Below, in pieces: positions 36,540 through 49,514 of a stretch of 52,815 bases of DNA; the stretch's first letter is position 1, and each line of letters starts with the position of its first letter. The DNA lies in contig NC_068984.1 of NCBI RefSeq assembly GCF_001194135.2, positions 64,398,647 to 64,451,461 of the forward strand, given 5' to 3'. The stretch comes from Octopus bimaculoides (taxonomy: Eukaryota). Both the position numbers and the translations under genes were made by a program. The notes under the pieces are model-generated. The model ran no database searches. It saw only the letters and a list, made by a program, of their open reading frames with translations, and was not told the origin of the DNA.

Positions 36540-36790
36540 ATGGACTAGCAGTCAGAGGTGTTGCACTTACAAGATCGTGGTCTCACGTCTTGGACCGGGT
36601 GGTATGTTGTGTTCTTGAACAAATCACTTCATCTCGCGTTGCTCTGCGATCACTTCGACACCTGACGTATGGTACACCGTGCACCTCTTCAGGCAACGTC
36701 GATTTGACAGAGCGTGGTGAGCTAATATACAGCACATACATTTGACCACAACAAAACTATGTTCAGCAAGAAATTACAGAACCATCTTTC
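36540..36790 (+). mobile_element. Third SINE family (tRNA-like head, CORE-like 'gtgttcttgaacaaatcactt' segment), single diverged copy
   Basis: 'gtcagaggtgttgcacttacaagatcgtggtctcacgtcttggaccgggtggtatgttgtgttcttgaacaaatcacttcatctc'. Recognised from recalled SINE architecture; no second copy in the window. Confidence 0.45.
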
Positions 36791-38543
36791 TCGGACTACG
36801 AGAGACTACCATCTGTCCATCCATCAAAAATATTTTTTGCCACAAATATCAAAAAGCTAATTAAAAATAATTATATTGTTCAATGACTTATATTATGTTA
36901 ATTAATCAGAAACATAAAGAAGATAGCGCAAACTTCTTTCGGTGTAAGAAACTCTGGGCATCGAAGCCAGTAGTAAATGTACAGTGTTTTATATTAGCTG
37001 GTATAGATGTATCATGCACAAATAACAAAGACGTTCGCTGAGCAATATTGATGTTCCGACTTTGATCTCACTGCATTGCATCCTAAGTGTCTTCTGTTAT
37101 AATTTCGAGCTCACTAAGCTTTGTGTGTCAAAGTAGTACACATGAACTGTGTAGAAAATTATCAGATAAACCGTATCTGTAATTCAAACGTTCAACATTG
37201 TTACACACAATGAAATTTATTCTGCTTGAAGAATATGTTAATGGTATTTGTGTCCACGGAATACTCAGCCACTCGTACACCAACTCAATGAGTAGGTAGT
37301 TCAGCTGATCGACTAACTGAATAAATATCTTCGAAACCGACAGACAGCCAATTTAGTCAGCCTAGAAAATAAACACATTTTAAAGAATAAATTACTCTGG
37401 GATGCGACCACTATCCATTTTTCAATACTGTACGACGTGCTTTTAGGAGTATTTGGCTGATCTTGTTAAAAGGCCAAGCATAGAAGCTCTGTCATTCCGT
37501 TTTTCCGATCTTTAAACTATACGAGATTCTCCAGTTTACTTTTCTTATAGAGTTATCTAACCAAATATTCTAAGACCACCTAATCGATATTATTGCCAAA
37601 TAAGTCACAACCGTATATAGTGTTAATAATAGATATTGCAGACAATTCCTTTAGAAATACCAGTTTCCCAGTGTTTTGAGTTTTATTATTTTACTCAATA
37701 TTTCATTTCATAGTGAATGAGTATTACATATCTACAAAGAAAAAGGGAAATGAAAAACAAATCAAGACATTTAACTACATAACATTTCTTATGTGATTTT
37801 TACGATGGTATCTTAAGGATCGTAAAACTTTTAAAGACGAGAGTTATGTTAACTTTACCTTGTTTCCACGTGTTTATAAGTCTACATTGCAATCTTTATT
37901 GATTTCACAATATTAAATGTACTGAAAGTGCTATCAATTTACAGTTTTTCTTGTTATTGCGAACACCGGGAACACTCAGTACCTGTAGAGTTTGTGCATT
38001 TGATAGTGAGGGATGGAGTGGGAAGAGTGTCTCAGAATATAGTAACAGCAACCAACAGAAAGCAATGAACAGATTGTATGAAAGTAACCAAACAATACAA
38101 AAAGAGAAATGTAAATAAAAAACAAAACAATAAAAATGAAGAAAAAAAACTCAAAGGAAATTGAACGAACAAATGTAACTTTAATAGCCATTGCTTCAAT
38201 CTGAAAAATAAGGTCTATTGATTCCAGCAAAACATAAAGTTATATATAAAAATAAGAATCATTATTTTGGCGAAGGAATGTCTCTCGCGTTTCTGAATAA
38301 AATTATTCAGACTGCAATCGTGTCCCATCACTTGAAATATAACTAACCAGAAGCAGAAGATAAAAATATTAAGATGCATAAAAGCAATGAATTGAATTAA
38401 TGGGTACTATTGTTGGATTTTATTGACGAAGTTCTACAATTATAATACTTAATTGATACATTTTAGTAACATTTTCCAGCGGCTTTCAATGTCCCTTAGT
38501 TCTTATGTTTTGTGTCATACGCACACGAACTACACACACACAC

Positions 38544-38595
<52 letters not shown>

Positions 38596-38960
38596 NNNNN
38601 NNNNNATATATATATATATATATATATTTATTTATTTATTTATAATGCGTAAATGGAACACGCGTGTGTGCATCTAATATGTATATTGTAATATTTCATA
38701 TATATATATATATATATGTACAGACGTGTATACATTGTATATGATTGTATACGTATATGCATATACATACCCACACGTATACATTTACAAATATTTTCGT
38801 ATAGTTATATATGGAAATACTTATAAATATACGCTAACATATATATACACACATATATAGACATACATGTGTGTGTACATGTGTGTGTGTGTGAATATCA
38901 TCAAATATATTTGTATAAGTTATGAGTTTATATTATACATGATTCTATGCACATATATAC

Positions 38961-38996
<36 letters not shown>

Positions 38997-39084
38997 AAAA
39001 TCAGTTAGTTGCCCATGAGTCAATTAAATGCACATTCAATCTCATCGAGTGATATATTACTGGTTATGGCATATATCTGTTCAG

Positions 39085-39150
39085 AATGTTATAATCGGTT
39101 TCGCGTCGACTATTTCACATAGACAATATTGACGACTCTTCAGACTTGAA
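39085..39150 (-). ncRNA. Degenerate hammerhead-ribozyme-like motif
   Basis: Minus strand: CTGAAGA-GTCGTCAATATT..AATAGTCGACGC-GAAA-CCGATT. Core boxes are intact; about 10-bp bulged stem II; stems I and III are imperfect. Confidence 0.35.
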
Positions 39151-39398
39151 AGCTCATAGACTTTAAATTGACACGCTGTTGGTAGAAAGAAGTAGAACGA
39201 TGAAACGCGTAAACTCAGTGTGTGTATGCATGTGTATATATAAATATACATACACACACACACTTATATATATATATACATACATATACATANNNNNNNN
39301 NNCACACACACACACACACACACTTATATATATATATATACATACATATACATATATATGTATGTATATCTATCTATCCACATGTATGTATGTATGTA

Positions 39399-39429
<31 letters not shown>

Positions 39430-39491
39430 AGATAGATAGATATCGGCTCCTGCATATTTGATCGAGAATCAACCTCGATAAATTGTTCCGA

Positions 39492-39855
39492 TCTTTTATC
39501 TTTTACTTGTTTCAGTCATTTGACTGCGGCCATGCTGGGGCACCGTCTTAAAAGGTTTTAGTCAAACAACACAATCACGTGACTTTTTGAAAGCTTAGTA
39601 CTTATTCTATCGGTCTCTTAGGCCAAATCGCTAAGTTACCGGGACGTAAACACACCAACGCTAGTTTTCAAGCGGTGGTGAGGGGACAAACACAGACACA
39701 AAGACACTCACACATAGATAATACGACGGGCTTCTTTCAGTTTCCGTCTATCAAATCCACTCACAAGGAATTGGTGGACCCAAAGTTACAGCAGAAGTCA
39801 TTTGCCCAAGGTGCCATGCTGTGGCGCTGAACCCGAAGCCAGGTGGTTGGGAAGA
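39492..39855 (-). mobile_element. SINE family A, near full length, short central microsatellite
   Basis: Continuous tail-body-head match to 13741-14272 and 51901-52304. Confidence 0.9.
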
Positions 39856-40168
39856 AAATTGTATGACGATTTCCTAAAACAGAAAATTCTAATGAAGATT
39901 TCTGCCTAGTAAAGGTTAGTTTGAAAGGTTTAAGAAGCGCTTGAATTTACACAGCATAGATCTGACGGATGAAGCTGCTATTGACGATATAAGGCTGCTA
40001 TTATCATGAGCATTTGAAAAGAATATGATTGTTCAAGCTGCTATATATATATAGTGGTAATCCTTTTTTATACGCATGTAATTTTTCTGAATTTTCAGAT
40101 TTTTTATATGCTAGGCCACTGATTTTAAATTGATGTTAATTAAATCAATATTCAATTTATCACCCTCA

Positions 40169-40203
<35 letters not shown>

Positions 40204-40208
40204 GTAGT

Positions 40209-40287
40209 ATATTGCCACTTAAGTGTGGCTGACCCCTAGGGGTGGATGTTACTGTTGCTTTTAGCCCCAGGAGGACATCTCCTCCCC
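40209..40287. mobile_element. One arm of a relative of the 41284-41448 hairpin element, cut by an N-gap
   Basis: 'ttgccacttaagtgtggctgacccctaggggtggatgttactgttgcttttagccccaggaggacatc' versus 'ttgccaatataatgtggctgtcctagaagggacgattgttactgttgtttagccccaggaaacatc'. Confidence 0.55.
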
Positions 40288-40905
40288 NNNNNNNNNNNNN
40301 NNNNNNNNNNNNNNNNNNNNNNNNNNNNNNNNNNNNNNNNNNNNNNNNNNNNNNNNNNNNNNNNNNNNNNNNNNNNNNNNNNNNNNNNNNNNNNNNNNNN
40401 NNNNNNNNNNNATATGCATGTTTTTACTATATATATATATATCATCCCATCTCCATCTCTCACTTCCTTATTACCACCCTCTGCTTTTCCCATTTGCAGA
40501 GACAAAGCCTGTGTATTGGTTCCATCACATTCGACTTTGATAATTTAGTAGGTTGACCTGACCACAATTCATTTTACAGTTCCGGGCTGGACAAGCTACT
40601 GCAGAAATGGCAAAAGTGTATTGACAATATGGGTGCATACTTTGATGAATTAAACTATTCCTTGTATTTAAAAAACATTGTTATCTTTTCTACGAATTTC
40701 ATGCTTGACTACATAATATATATACAGTAATTCGTGTATCTTTCTATGTATACACATGTATGTATATTTTTTGTATTTGTAGATATATGAGTTTCTTTGT
40801 GTATGTGTGAGTATATTCATGCTTCGTTGTGTGTGTCTACATATCCATGCCCTATATGTGTATATATTTACATTGATGTATGTTTGCACGTATATGTGAA
40901 TATAT

Positions 40906-41277
<372 letters not shown>

Positions 41278-41283
41278 AAGAAT

Positions 41284-41448
41284 TTTGCCAACATAATGTG
41301 GCTGTCTTGGAAGGGTCTATTGTTACTGTTGTTTAACCCCATGAAAAATCGTTTCTAGCTGGATATATGACAGCTGGAAACGATGTTTCCTGGGGCTAAA
41401 CAACAGTAACAATCGTCCCTTCTAGGACAGCCACATTATATTGGCAAA
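41284..41448. mobile_element. Fold-back (palindromic MITE-like) element: 77-bp arms with a 9-nt loop
   Basis: 41285-41361 and the reverse complement of 41371-41447 match 68/77; loop gatatatga. Confidence 0.9.
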
Positions 41449-41546
41449 CAGTCTGTACTTCAAAGAACTTTTACTGAATATCTCTCTTTGAGAGATTTAG
41501 AAATAATAGTATTTATATATATAAATATTATATATATATATATATG

Positions 41547-41607
41547 GGAGAATGTACGAAAAAACAACAACAGACGAGGACAGGTGGTGTAAACAACAAA
41601 AGGATAT
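41547..41607 (-). mobile_element. Family C repeat fragment between (TA)n tracts
   Basis: 'ggagaatgtacgaaaaaacaacaacagacgaggacaggtggtgtaaacaacaaaagg' resembles 32550-32595. Confidence 0.5.
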
Positions 41608-41624
41608 ATATATAGCTTCAGTAA

Positions 41625-41985
41625 TCTCTTCAGAAGGACAAGGTGTGTAGAAGAGAATTGCATTGTGTGCAAATATAGTCCTGGTATCAACTGCAAAACC
41701 GGTTTTCAGAATAAGCTGTATGGATGGTGATTGTAAAAACGGAAACACAGCATACATAGGTGAAATGGCGAGAAGTTTGACTGAGAGTGTAAATGAACAT
41801 TGGAGGGACTACAAGAATCACAAACAAACCTCGGTGCTCTACCAACATGCCAAAGAACAACATGGTAGTGTACTGGACCGGATTAGCATAGAAACCTTGC
41901 CTAGAAACCCCGATGACGCATCGTTACGGCAAATACAAGAGTCAGTCCTCATAACTGAAACACGACCAATTTTGAATAGCAATTA
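41625..41985 (+). pseudogene. GIY-YIG endonuclease domain of a second Penelope-like family (frameshift near 41700)
   Basis: RCVEENCIVCKYSPGINCK / VFRISCMDGDCKNGNTAYIGEMARSLTESVNEH..SVLYQHAKEQH..DDASLRQIQESVLITETRPILN: Cys cluster, YIGE, H..H, RxxxE and PxLN motifs. Confidence 0.88.
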
Positions 41986-42498
41986 CTCGTATATAAAAGC
42001 CTTACAATTACCCATGGTTGCAGATGTTGTTCACACATAAAATACAGAACGTGAACGTAAAAAGGATGCATTTACAAAGAAAACAGAAAATAACAGAGAG
42101 AAAACCAAAACCAAGTCCAAAGTCTCTATCTTATCTGATATGAGTGAAATTTAACAAACACTCATATGGACGCACATACTTACATATATGCATGCACACG
42201 TTCGAGCGTGCACACATACGAGCGTACACACACTCACATGCTCATACTGTACAATTTCAAAACAACACTAAATCATACATTCAAAATAAATGGAAGTGGA
42301 GAGACAAGTTACTGAAGAGATTGCAAGAGTGCAATGAAATGATTTAACAAAAAAACTAAATACTGTTTATAAATAAATAAAGGACTGAACCAGTGCGTGT
42401 GTTTATTAGCGGCATAATGCCTCTTCCAAGGTTTAATTGTATTTCTTTCAACACACATATCCACATCAAGAATCTTGCACACCAAATACACACATGAA

Positions 42499-42533
<35 letters not shown>

Positions 42534-42535
42534 CA

Positions 42536-42699
42536 CAACAGGTTTCTTTTCAGTTACCGTCTACCAATTTCACCCACAAGACTTTGGTCGGCACAAAGCT
42601 ATAGAAGACATGTACTCAAGGTGTCACGTAGTGAGACTGAACCCGGAACTATGTAGTTAGGAAGCAGGCTTCTTACCACACATCCACACCTGCACCTAT
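42536..42699 (-). mobile_element. SINE family A 5' half (head)
   Basis: 'tttcagttaccgtctaccaatttcacccacaagactttggtcggc...gactgaacccggaactatgtagttaggaagcaggcttcttaccacacatccacacctgcacc'. Confidence 0.85.
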
Positions 42700-42724
42700 A
42701 TGTGTATGTATTTATATTCACACA

Positions 42725-43060
42725 CAGCTTCGCACGCACTTCTTCGCCTCTCCAGTTCGTGCTTCACAGCGTTCAATATACATACACTTCTCCACGTCTG
42801 GCTGTACAGCCTTTTGTTTGTTTATTTCACCGTTTCGTTTTCCTGTCTTGTTTTCTGTCCGCCACTATCCTCCACGAAAGAATTTTTTATTTGTGTTCGT
42901 GGGAAGAGCCATTTTAACGATGCGTCCTGCCCTAACTCTTCGAAACGCCAGTGTTTTAATATCGGTAGCTGATGAAGGATATGTTCTCTATGTGGCCTGC
43001 TTGCTTTTTGTACTTTGTTTATCTTTTTGTCCATGTTTTTTTGCAACGTCATATACCCAG
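42725..43060 (+). other. T-rich non-coding block containing both hammerhead core boxes in type II order
   Basis: CGAAAC at 42941-42946 and CTGATGA at 42969-42975; three stems of about 3 bp each can be drawn. Repeat status is not provable within the window. Confidence 0.3.
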
Positions 43061-43563
43061 ATATGTATTTATATGTACATGTAGATGAAGGTATATACAT
43101 CCATGTACATATATATGCATATACTCATATATTGTTTATATATATATATATATATATATATATGTAAAGGGTTGAAGAGGAACCTTATATATATATATAT
43201 ATATAANNNNNNNNNNNNNNNNNNNNNNNNNNNNNNNNNNNNNNNNNNNNNNNNNNNNNNNNNNNNNNNNNNNNNNNNNNNNNNNNNNNNNNNNNNNNNN
43301 NNNNNNNNNNNNNNNNNNNNNNNNNNNNNNNNNNNNNNNNNNNNNNNNNNNNNNNNNNNNNNNNNNNNNNNNNNNNNNNNNNNNNNNNNNNNNNNNNNNN
43401 NNNNNNNNNNNNNNNNNNNNNNNNNNNNNNNNNNNNNNNNNNNNNNNNNNNNNNNNNNNNNNNNNNNNNNNNNNNNNNNNNNNNNNNNNNNNNNNNNNNN
43501 NNNNNNNNNNNNNNNNNNNNNNNNNNNTATATATATATATATATATATATGTATATGTATATG

Positions 43564-43595
<32 letters not shown>

Positions 43596-44629
43596 TGTAT
43601 GCATTTTCTTGTCTATATGTGCATGCACGTGTATCTATACAGATATGTGTCTAAATCTGCGCATGTGAGTGTATCTATGTTCATATTTATCTGTGCATAT
43701 ATTTATCTGCTTATAGGTGTGTGTGTGTTTGTGCTTTTCTGTGTGAGTGTGTCTATACTCACACTCACACACGTTTACTTTCTATTTATACTAGTCTTCC
43801 TTTATATAGGTCTTGTAATGTATTCTCAGAAATCGTATGAATGACTGCAGATAGATCGATCTATCATTTTTTCTTTTTAAATTGCACAGTATGCAATCTT
43901 TTTGATGGGAATTCAAAATTGTTCATTTCTTTTTATTTGATCAATTATCAATCTGTTCGTTTTTTTTTTTTGTATTTCTTTTGTTCTTTTTTTTTTTGTA
44001 TGGTGGAGTGGAGTATTTTTATTTTATTTCGCTTTTGCTGTATTTTGCATTGCTGTGGAAATGGCATTACAAAAGACAAATAATTTGACAGTATTGAAAT
44101 TTTTGTTGTGTGTATATTTTCGAAATTATGCTATACGAGAAAAAGAAGCTCTGATTGAACAATAAATAGACGACTTGACGATCTCAAACGTAAATCTGAA
44201 AGGAATTCGCAACAATTTCTGTAGAAGAGGGACAAAAGAAATTCAGGTGGATTTTCCTTTCTGATTTCAGTAAATGGGATGAAATGAGGAAATGATACAT
44301 TTATCACGACAAATGTGATTTATAGGTATTTATTTAAAACCTGGTCTTCAGAAGGTGACTAATTATCTGCCTATTTATCTCTCTCTTTCACTACACACAC
44401 ACATGCACACACATACGCTCACACATAAGCACACGCATACGCACACATACACGCACAAACGCACATACTAAGGGACTATGCGAATGAGAGAACGTCGAGA
44501 GCGAATCAGAGTTATAGATTAATACACAGATAGGCGGATAAATAACCAGAAAGGACAGATCGTGAGGCAGAAAGTATATTTGAAATTCGGTTTCGAATGC
44601 AGTTGATTAGCTGTACATAGGGCTAATCA

Positions 44630-45370
44630 CCCGAGGGAAGAGCGTATGGTAATTTCAGTTTCATCTTTTCCAAAGTGGATCAAATCAAACTTATCTTCAT
44701 TTAAAAGCACATTGTTCTTTTGTTGTTTTTTTTTTCGCCCATTGGACCATAGCAAACAGATCTAACTGAAGGCATGTTCGGTCTCCCATGCCGTTTATGG
44801 CTTTTTGGAGTTTGGAATCGTCTGCAAAGGTTTTCAATGTAGAGTGCTTGATGACATCTACTATGTCGTCGTTGATGTAAATAATGAAGAGGAGTGAGCC
44901 CAACACAGTACCTTGTGGTACACCACTACTGACTTTGGATCTTATTCCCTCAAACACAACATGTTGGATTCTGTTCGTCAGGAAACACTTTATCTACTGC
45001 AGCAGCTTTCCAATGTTGGACAGTATCTTCAGCAGGATTTTGTGGTCCACTCTGTCGAATGCCTTGCTGAAATCAAGGTATATGACGCTTTTAAGATGTC
45101 ATCAAAATGGTGCAGGAGCTGTGACAGGCAGTCCCTGCCATCACGGAAAATATAATGGTTGGGGTTCAACAGATTGTCTTCGAGGAAGTGAGTTATTTGC
45201 GATTTCATCACCCTCTCAAATACTTTAATGATATGAGAAGTGAGTGAAATTGGACGGTAGTTCACCGCAAGAGATTTGTTTCCCTTTTTGAAGACTGGAA
45301 CGACAGAATGGGAAAGAAAATGATCAAGAATGTAGCCTGCATCAAATGAGTTTCTCCAGAGCTCAGCTAG
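44630..45370 (-). mobile_element. CR1/Jockey-type LINE reverse transcriptase fragment (frameshifts, deletions)
   Basis: VVPVFKKGNKSLAVNYRPISLTSHIIKVFERV; SSGVPQGTVLGSLLFIIYIND; TFADDSKL; LNEDKFDLIHFGK. Confidence 0.93.
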
Positions 45371-46237
45371 AGGGACTGCAATTTGTGTTGTTGCTGTTGT
45401 ACAGTATTTGAAGAGAAAACACTCTGGATTTTTACAAAATATCTATTAATTAATTTAAATGCCATTTCAATTTGTTTAAGTTTGTTTTGAATCTACTTCT
45501 CGGAGCGATTTCTGAAAAGTTGAATTGCACGTCTGGTTATTAGGTCACGGCATAATGTGTCTATGTTTTCCGTTTTTGCAAGAAAGTACCATCAATTTAT
45601 CAGGTCTATTTCATTCTCAGACCAATTTTGTTTGGTTTGGTCATTATTGATTCACTCCTTGCGTTAGTGTTTAGTTGTGTAGAAACGTATGCTACAGTGG
45701 CGAAGAATTAGTGTAGATTGTATTTGAGATAAATATTTATAGATGCTTGAAGATAAAATATGTATATGATATGTGTATGATAGTGCAGAACTTTTTGCTT
45801 TGAGAGCGGAATTTGTAGTTCGAAAATGAAGGATGTTTGCGAAATGTTGTGTTAGTTTGATGCGTATAGTCTCGTATATGTGGCTGTTAGTTTTAAAGGG
45901 GAAGTTTTCAACAGAGATATATGAGTGTGAAGTCAAAAGTCTATGCGTAAATTCTGAGTGCTCGATGAATTTAATAAGATCGCAGGATGCATGTGTATGT
46001 GTGTATATATTCAATAGAATCACAGGACTCATGAGAAATAATTTCTTTTTCCACAGGGTATTGCAGGTAGTATGGGGTCAAAATTAATCTTATGTTGATT
46101 TCTCATCGCAGCATTCGCAAGAATTAGGAATTAAAATTTAGAGATGTTTAAGTTGATATGGTTTCTGTTTCTTCAACTAATTACTAAACAGAGCGCTGAA
46201 AAACACGTCCGGGTGCCACGGCTGCCCATATATATAT

Positions 46238-46330
46238 GACAAGTTTCTTTCAGTTTCCGTTGACCAAAGCCATTCATAAGTTTCTGGTTGGCAGTAGTAG
46301 AAGAGAACTGTCCAAGGTGCCACACAGTAT
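46238..46330 (-). mobile_element. SINE family A fragment
   Basis: 'gtttctttcagtttccgttgaccaaa...gtagtagaagagaactgtccaaggtgccacacagt'. Confidence 0.6.
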
Positions 46331-46450
46331 GTATACAGTGTGCATACACACACATACACACACACATACACACACACATACGTACGCACGCATGCACAAA
46401 TGCGTGTATATACGCGCGCGCGCACAAACATGTACACACACACACACACA

Positions 46451-46900
46451 CACTAATCCCTCGATTATCGCGTGTTACGTTCCAAACCCCCGCGATAGGC
46501 GAGAATCCGCGAAGTAGAAACACTACTGTATATTTTTTTATTATTTTTATAATTTCTATATATTCATTTTATTATAAATGCAAAACAACACAACACACTC
46601 GCCTCCCGAGTTTCGTTTTCCATACAGTATGTGCGATTCTTTGTTTTACCCATCTACGGTATACTACGTATTTTCTTTTAATATATTTTAATTATTGTGT
46701 TATAACGGTGCAGTACTGTACTGTATTTTTATTTATTAATTTTTAAGTGTGAAAATGCTTATTTCACTACAGAAATGATTAAAATATAAATACCTGTCGG
46801 CTGCAGAAGCCCGCGATATAAATTTACGTATATTAGCCAGAAAAATCCGGGATATAGTGAGAGCGCGATAGGAGAACCGCGATTTGGCGAGTGATTACTG
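46451..46900. mobile_element. Tigger/pogo-type MITE, 450 bp
   Basis: Left 'cactaatccctcgattatcgcg' versus reverse complement of right 'cagtaatcactcgccaaatcgcg'; TA after the right end; left flank is a (CA)n tract; repeated subterminal CGCGAT motifs. Confidence 0.78.
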
Positions 46901-46904
46901 TATG

Positions 46905-46938
<34 letters not shown>

Positions 46939-47685
46939 CANNNNNNNNNNNNNNNNNNNNNNNNNNNNNNNNNNNNNNNNNNNNNNNNNNNNNNNNNNNN
47001 NNNNNNNNNNNNNNNNNNNNNNNNNNNNNNNNNNNNNNNNNNNNNNNNNNNNNNNNNNNNNNNNNNNNNNNNNNNNNNNNNNNNNNNNNNNNNNNNNNNN
47101 NNNNNNNNNNNNNNNNNNNNNNNNNNNNNNNNNNNNNNNNNNNNNNNNNNNNNNNNNNNNNNNNNNNNNNNNNNNNNNNNNNNNNNNNNNNNNNNNNNNN
47201 NNNNNNNNNNNNNNNNNNNNNNNNNNNNNNNNNNNNNNNNNNNNNNNNNNNNNNNNNNNNNNNNNNNNNNNNNNNNNNNNNNNNNNNNNNNNNNNNNNNN
47301 NNNNNNNNNNNNNNNNNNNNNNNNNNNNNNNNNNNNNNNNNNNNNNNNNNNNNNNNNNNNNNNNNNNNNNNNNNNNNNNNNNNNNNNNNNNNNNNNNNNN
47401 NNNNNNNNNNNNNNNNNNNNNNNNNNNNNNNNNNNNNNNNNNNNNNNNNNNNNNNNNNNNNNNNNNNNNNNNNNNNNNNNNNNNNNNNNNNNNNNNNNNN
47501 NNNNNNNNNNNNNNNNNNNNNNNNNNNNNNNNNNNNNNNNNNNNNNNNNNNNNNNNNNNNNNNNNNNNNNNNNNNNNNNNNNNNNNNNNNNNNNNNNNNN
47601 NNNNNNNNNNNNNNNNNNNNNNNNNNNNNNNNNNNNNNNNNNNNNNNNNNNNNNNNNNNNNNNNNNNNNNNNNNNNNNNNNNNNN

Positions 47686-47764
<79 letters not shown>
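47686..47764. repeat. (GT)n microsatellite, representative of many (AT)n/(AC)n tracts and degenerate RY tracts (e.g. 16760-16990, 35455-35645, 38640-38995, 49100-49519, 51690-51900)
   Basis: Read directly; most N-gaps in the window abut such tracts. Confidence 0.95.
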
Positions 47765-47765
<1 letters not shown>

Positions 47766-49399
47766 CTGCCCGTGGACACATATTTTGTATGGGTGAGAAT
47801 ATGCACATGCGTGTGTATTTATATTTATGAATTTGAACTTGCACAAGAGTTCTCACAAAAAGGATTACGGAATTAATCGGTGCATGTTGAACGCAATTAC
47901 TTGGAAAGATCCCTTAGATAATGCAAGGGACACAACAAATAAGATCTCCTTATAATTACCCCCCCCCCCCACGATATATATATTAATTTATTTATTTATC
48001 CCGAAATCGCTTACATCTTGTGTAANNNNNNNNNNNNNNNNNNNNNNNNNNNNNNNNNNNNNNNNNNNNNNNNNNNNNNNNNNNNNNNNNNNNNNNNNNN
48101 NNNNNNNNNNNNNNNNNNNNNNNNNNNNNNNNNNNNNNNNNNNNNNNNNNNNNNNNNNNNNNNNNNNNNNNNNNNNNNNNNNNNNNNNNNNNNNNNNNNN
48201 NNNNNNNNNNNNNNNNNNNNNNNNNNNNNNNNNNNNNNNNNNNNNNNNNNNNNNNNNNNNNNNNNNNNNNNNNNNNNNNNNNNNNNNNNNNNNNNNNNNN
48301 NNNNNNNNNNNNNNNNNNNNNNNNNNNNNNNNNNNNNNNNNNNNNNNNNNNNNNNNNNNNNNNNNNNNNNNNNNNNNNNNNNNNNNNNNNNNNNNNNNNN
48401 NNNNNNNNNNNNNNNNNNNNNNNNNNNNNNNNNNNNNNNNNNNNNNNNNNNNNNNNNNNNNNNNNNNNNNNNNNNNNNNNNNNNNNNNNNNNNNNNNNNN
48501 NNNNNNNNNNNNNNNNNNNNNNNNNNNNNNNNNNNNNNNNNNNNNNNNNNNNNNNNNNNNNNNNNNNNNNNNNNNNNNNNNNNNNNNNNNNNNNNNNNNN
48601 NNNNNNNNNNNNNNNNNNNNNNNNGTGTGTGTGTGTGCGTGTGTTCCCACAACATATATTTGATATATATTTATGTCAACATATATATACATCAACATAT
48701 ATATATATGTATGTCAACATATATATATATATATATATATAACACATACCGGTGTGTAGGAAAATTAATTTGAAAAAGCTACAGGTGATTTTTTTCTCCT
48801 AATATAATGCCACATTGTGTCGAACCTCAGTGTTTATAAAGGAAACAAATATCAAAGCCTAAATGACATTAACAGTATAACTTATTAAATTCTAAATGAA
48901 TCACTACCATATACTAGAGATTCCTATTTACTTAAGGCGTTTTGCATGTATAAACCGTTAATTACTCTTCTGAAAAAAATTAATGAAATATGAATTTCAC
49001 CGGAAATATATTGAATTAATGCCACAGAAATAGATTTTTATTTTCTTCTATAATTATGTTTGGTTTCTATTATATTCAATGAAATATCTGTAACGATGTC
49101 TTTGTATATACACGTGTGTTTATATGTATGACTATATATGTGGGCGAAATTGCGTATATATGAACATAAACACATATTTGTGTATATGTACCTGTTTATA
49201 TGTGCATATATGTAAATTTGCATGTGTGAATGGTTGTATATATGTATATGTTTTAATATATATATATATGCATGTATATCTATGAATGTGTATACGTTTA
49301 CATATAAGAAGGTTCACATATGTATGTGGATAAGTATATAAGAAACTCTTATAGGAGTTACTTATAAGCATATAAGTAACTCTTTCTTTATTACTCACA

Positions 49400-49435
<36 letters not shown>

Positions 49436-49482
49436 CATACATTCATACATATATATCCATGCATACATATGTATATATACTA

Positions 49483-49514
<32 letters not shown>

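Noticed and set aside
39175-39215. Plus-strand GAAACGCGTA, resembling a palindromic hammerhead stem III
   Set aside because: No CTGANGA box or stem II upstream.
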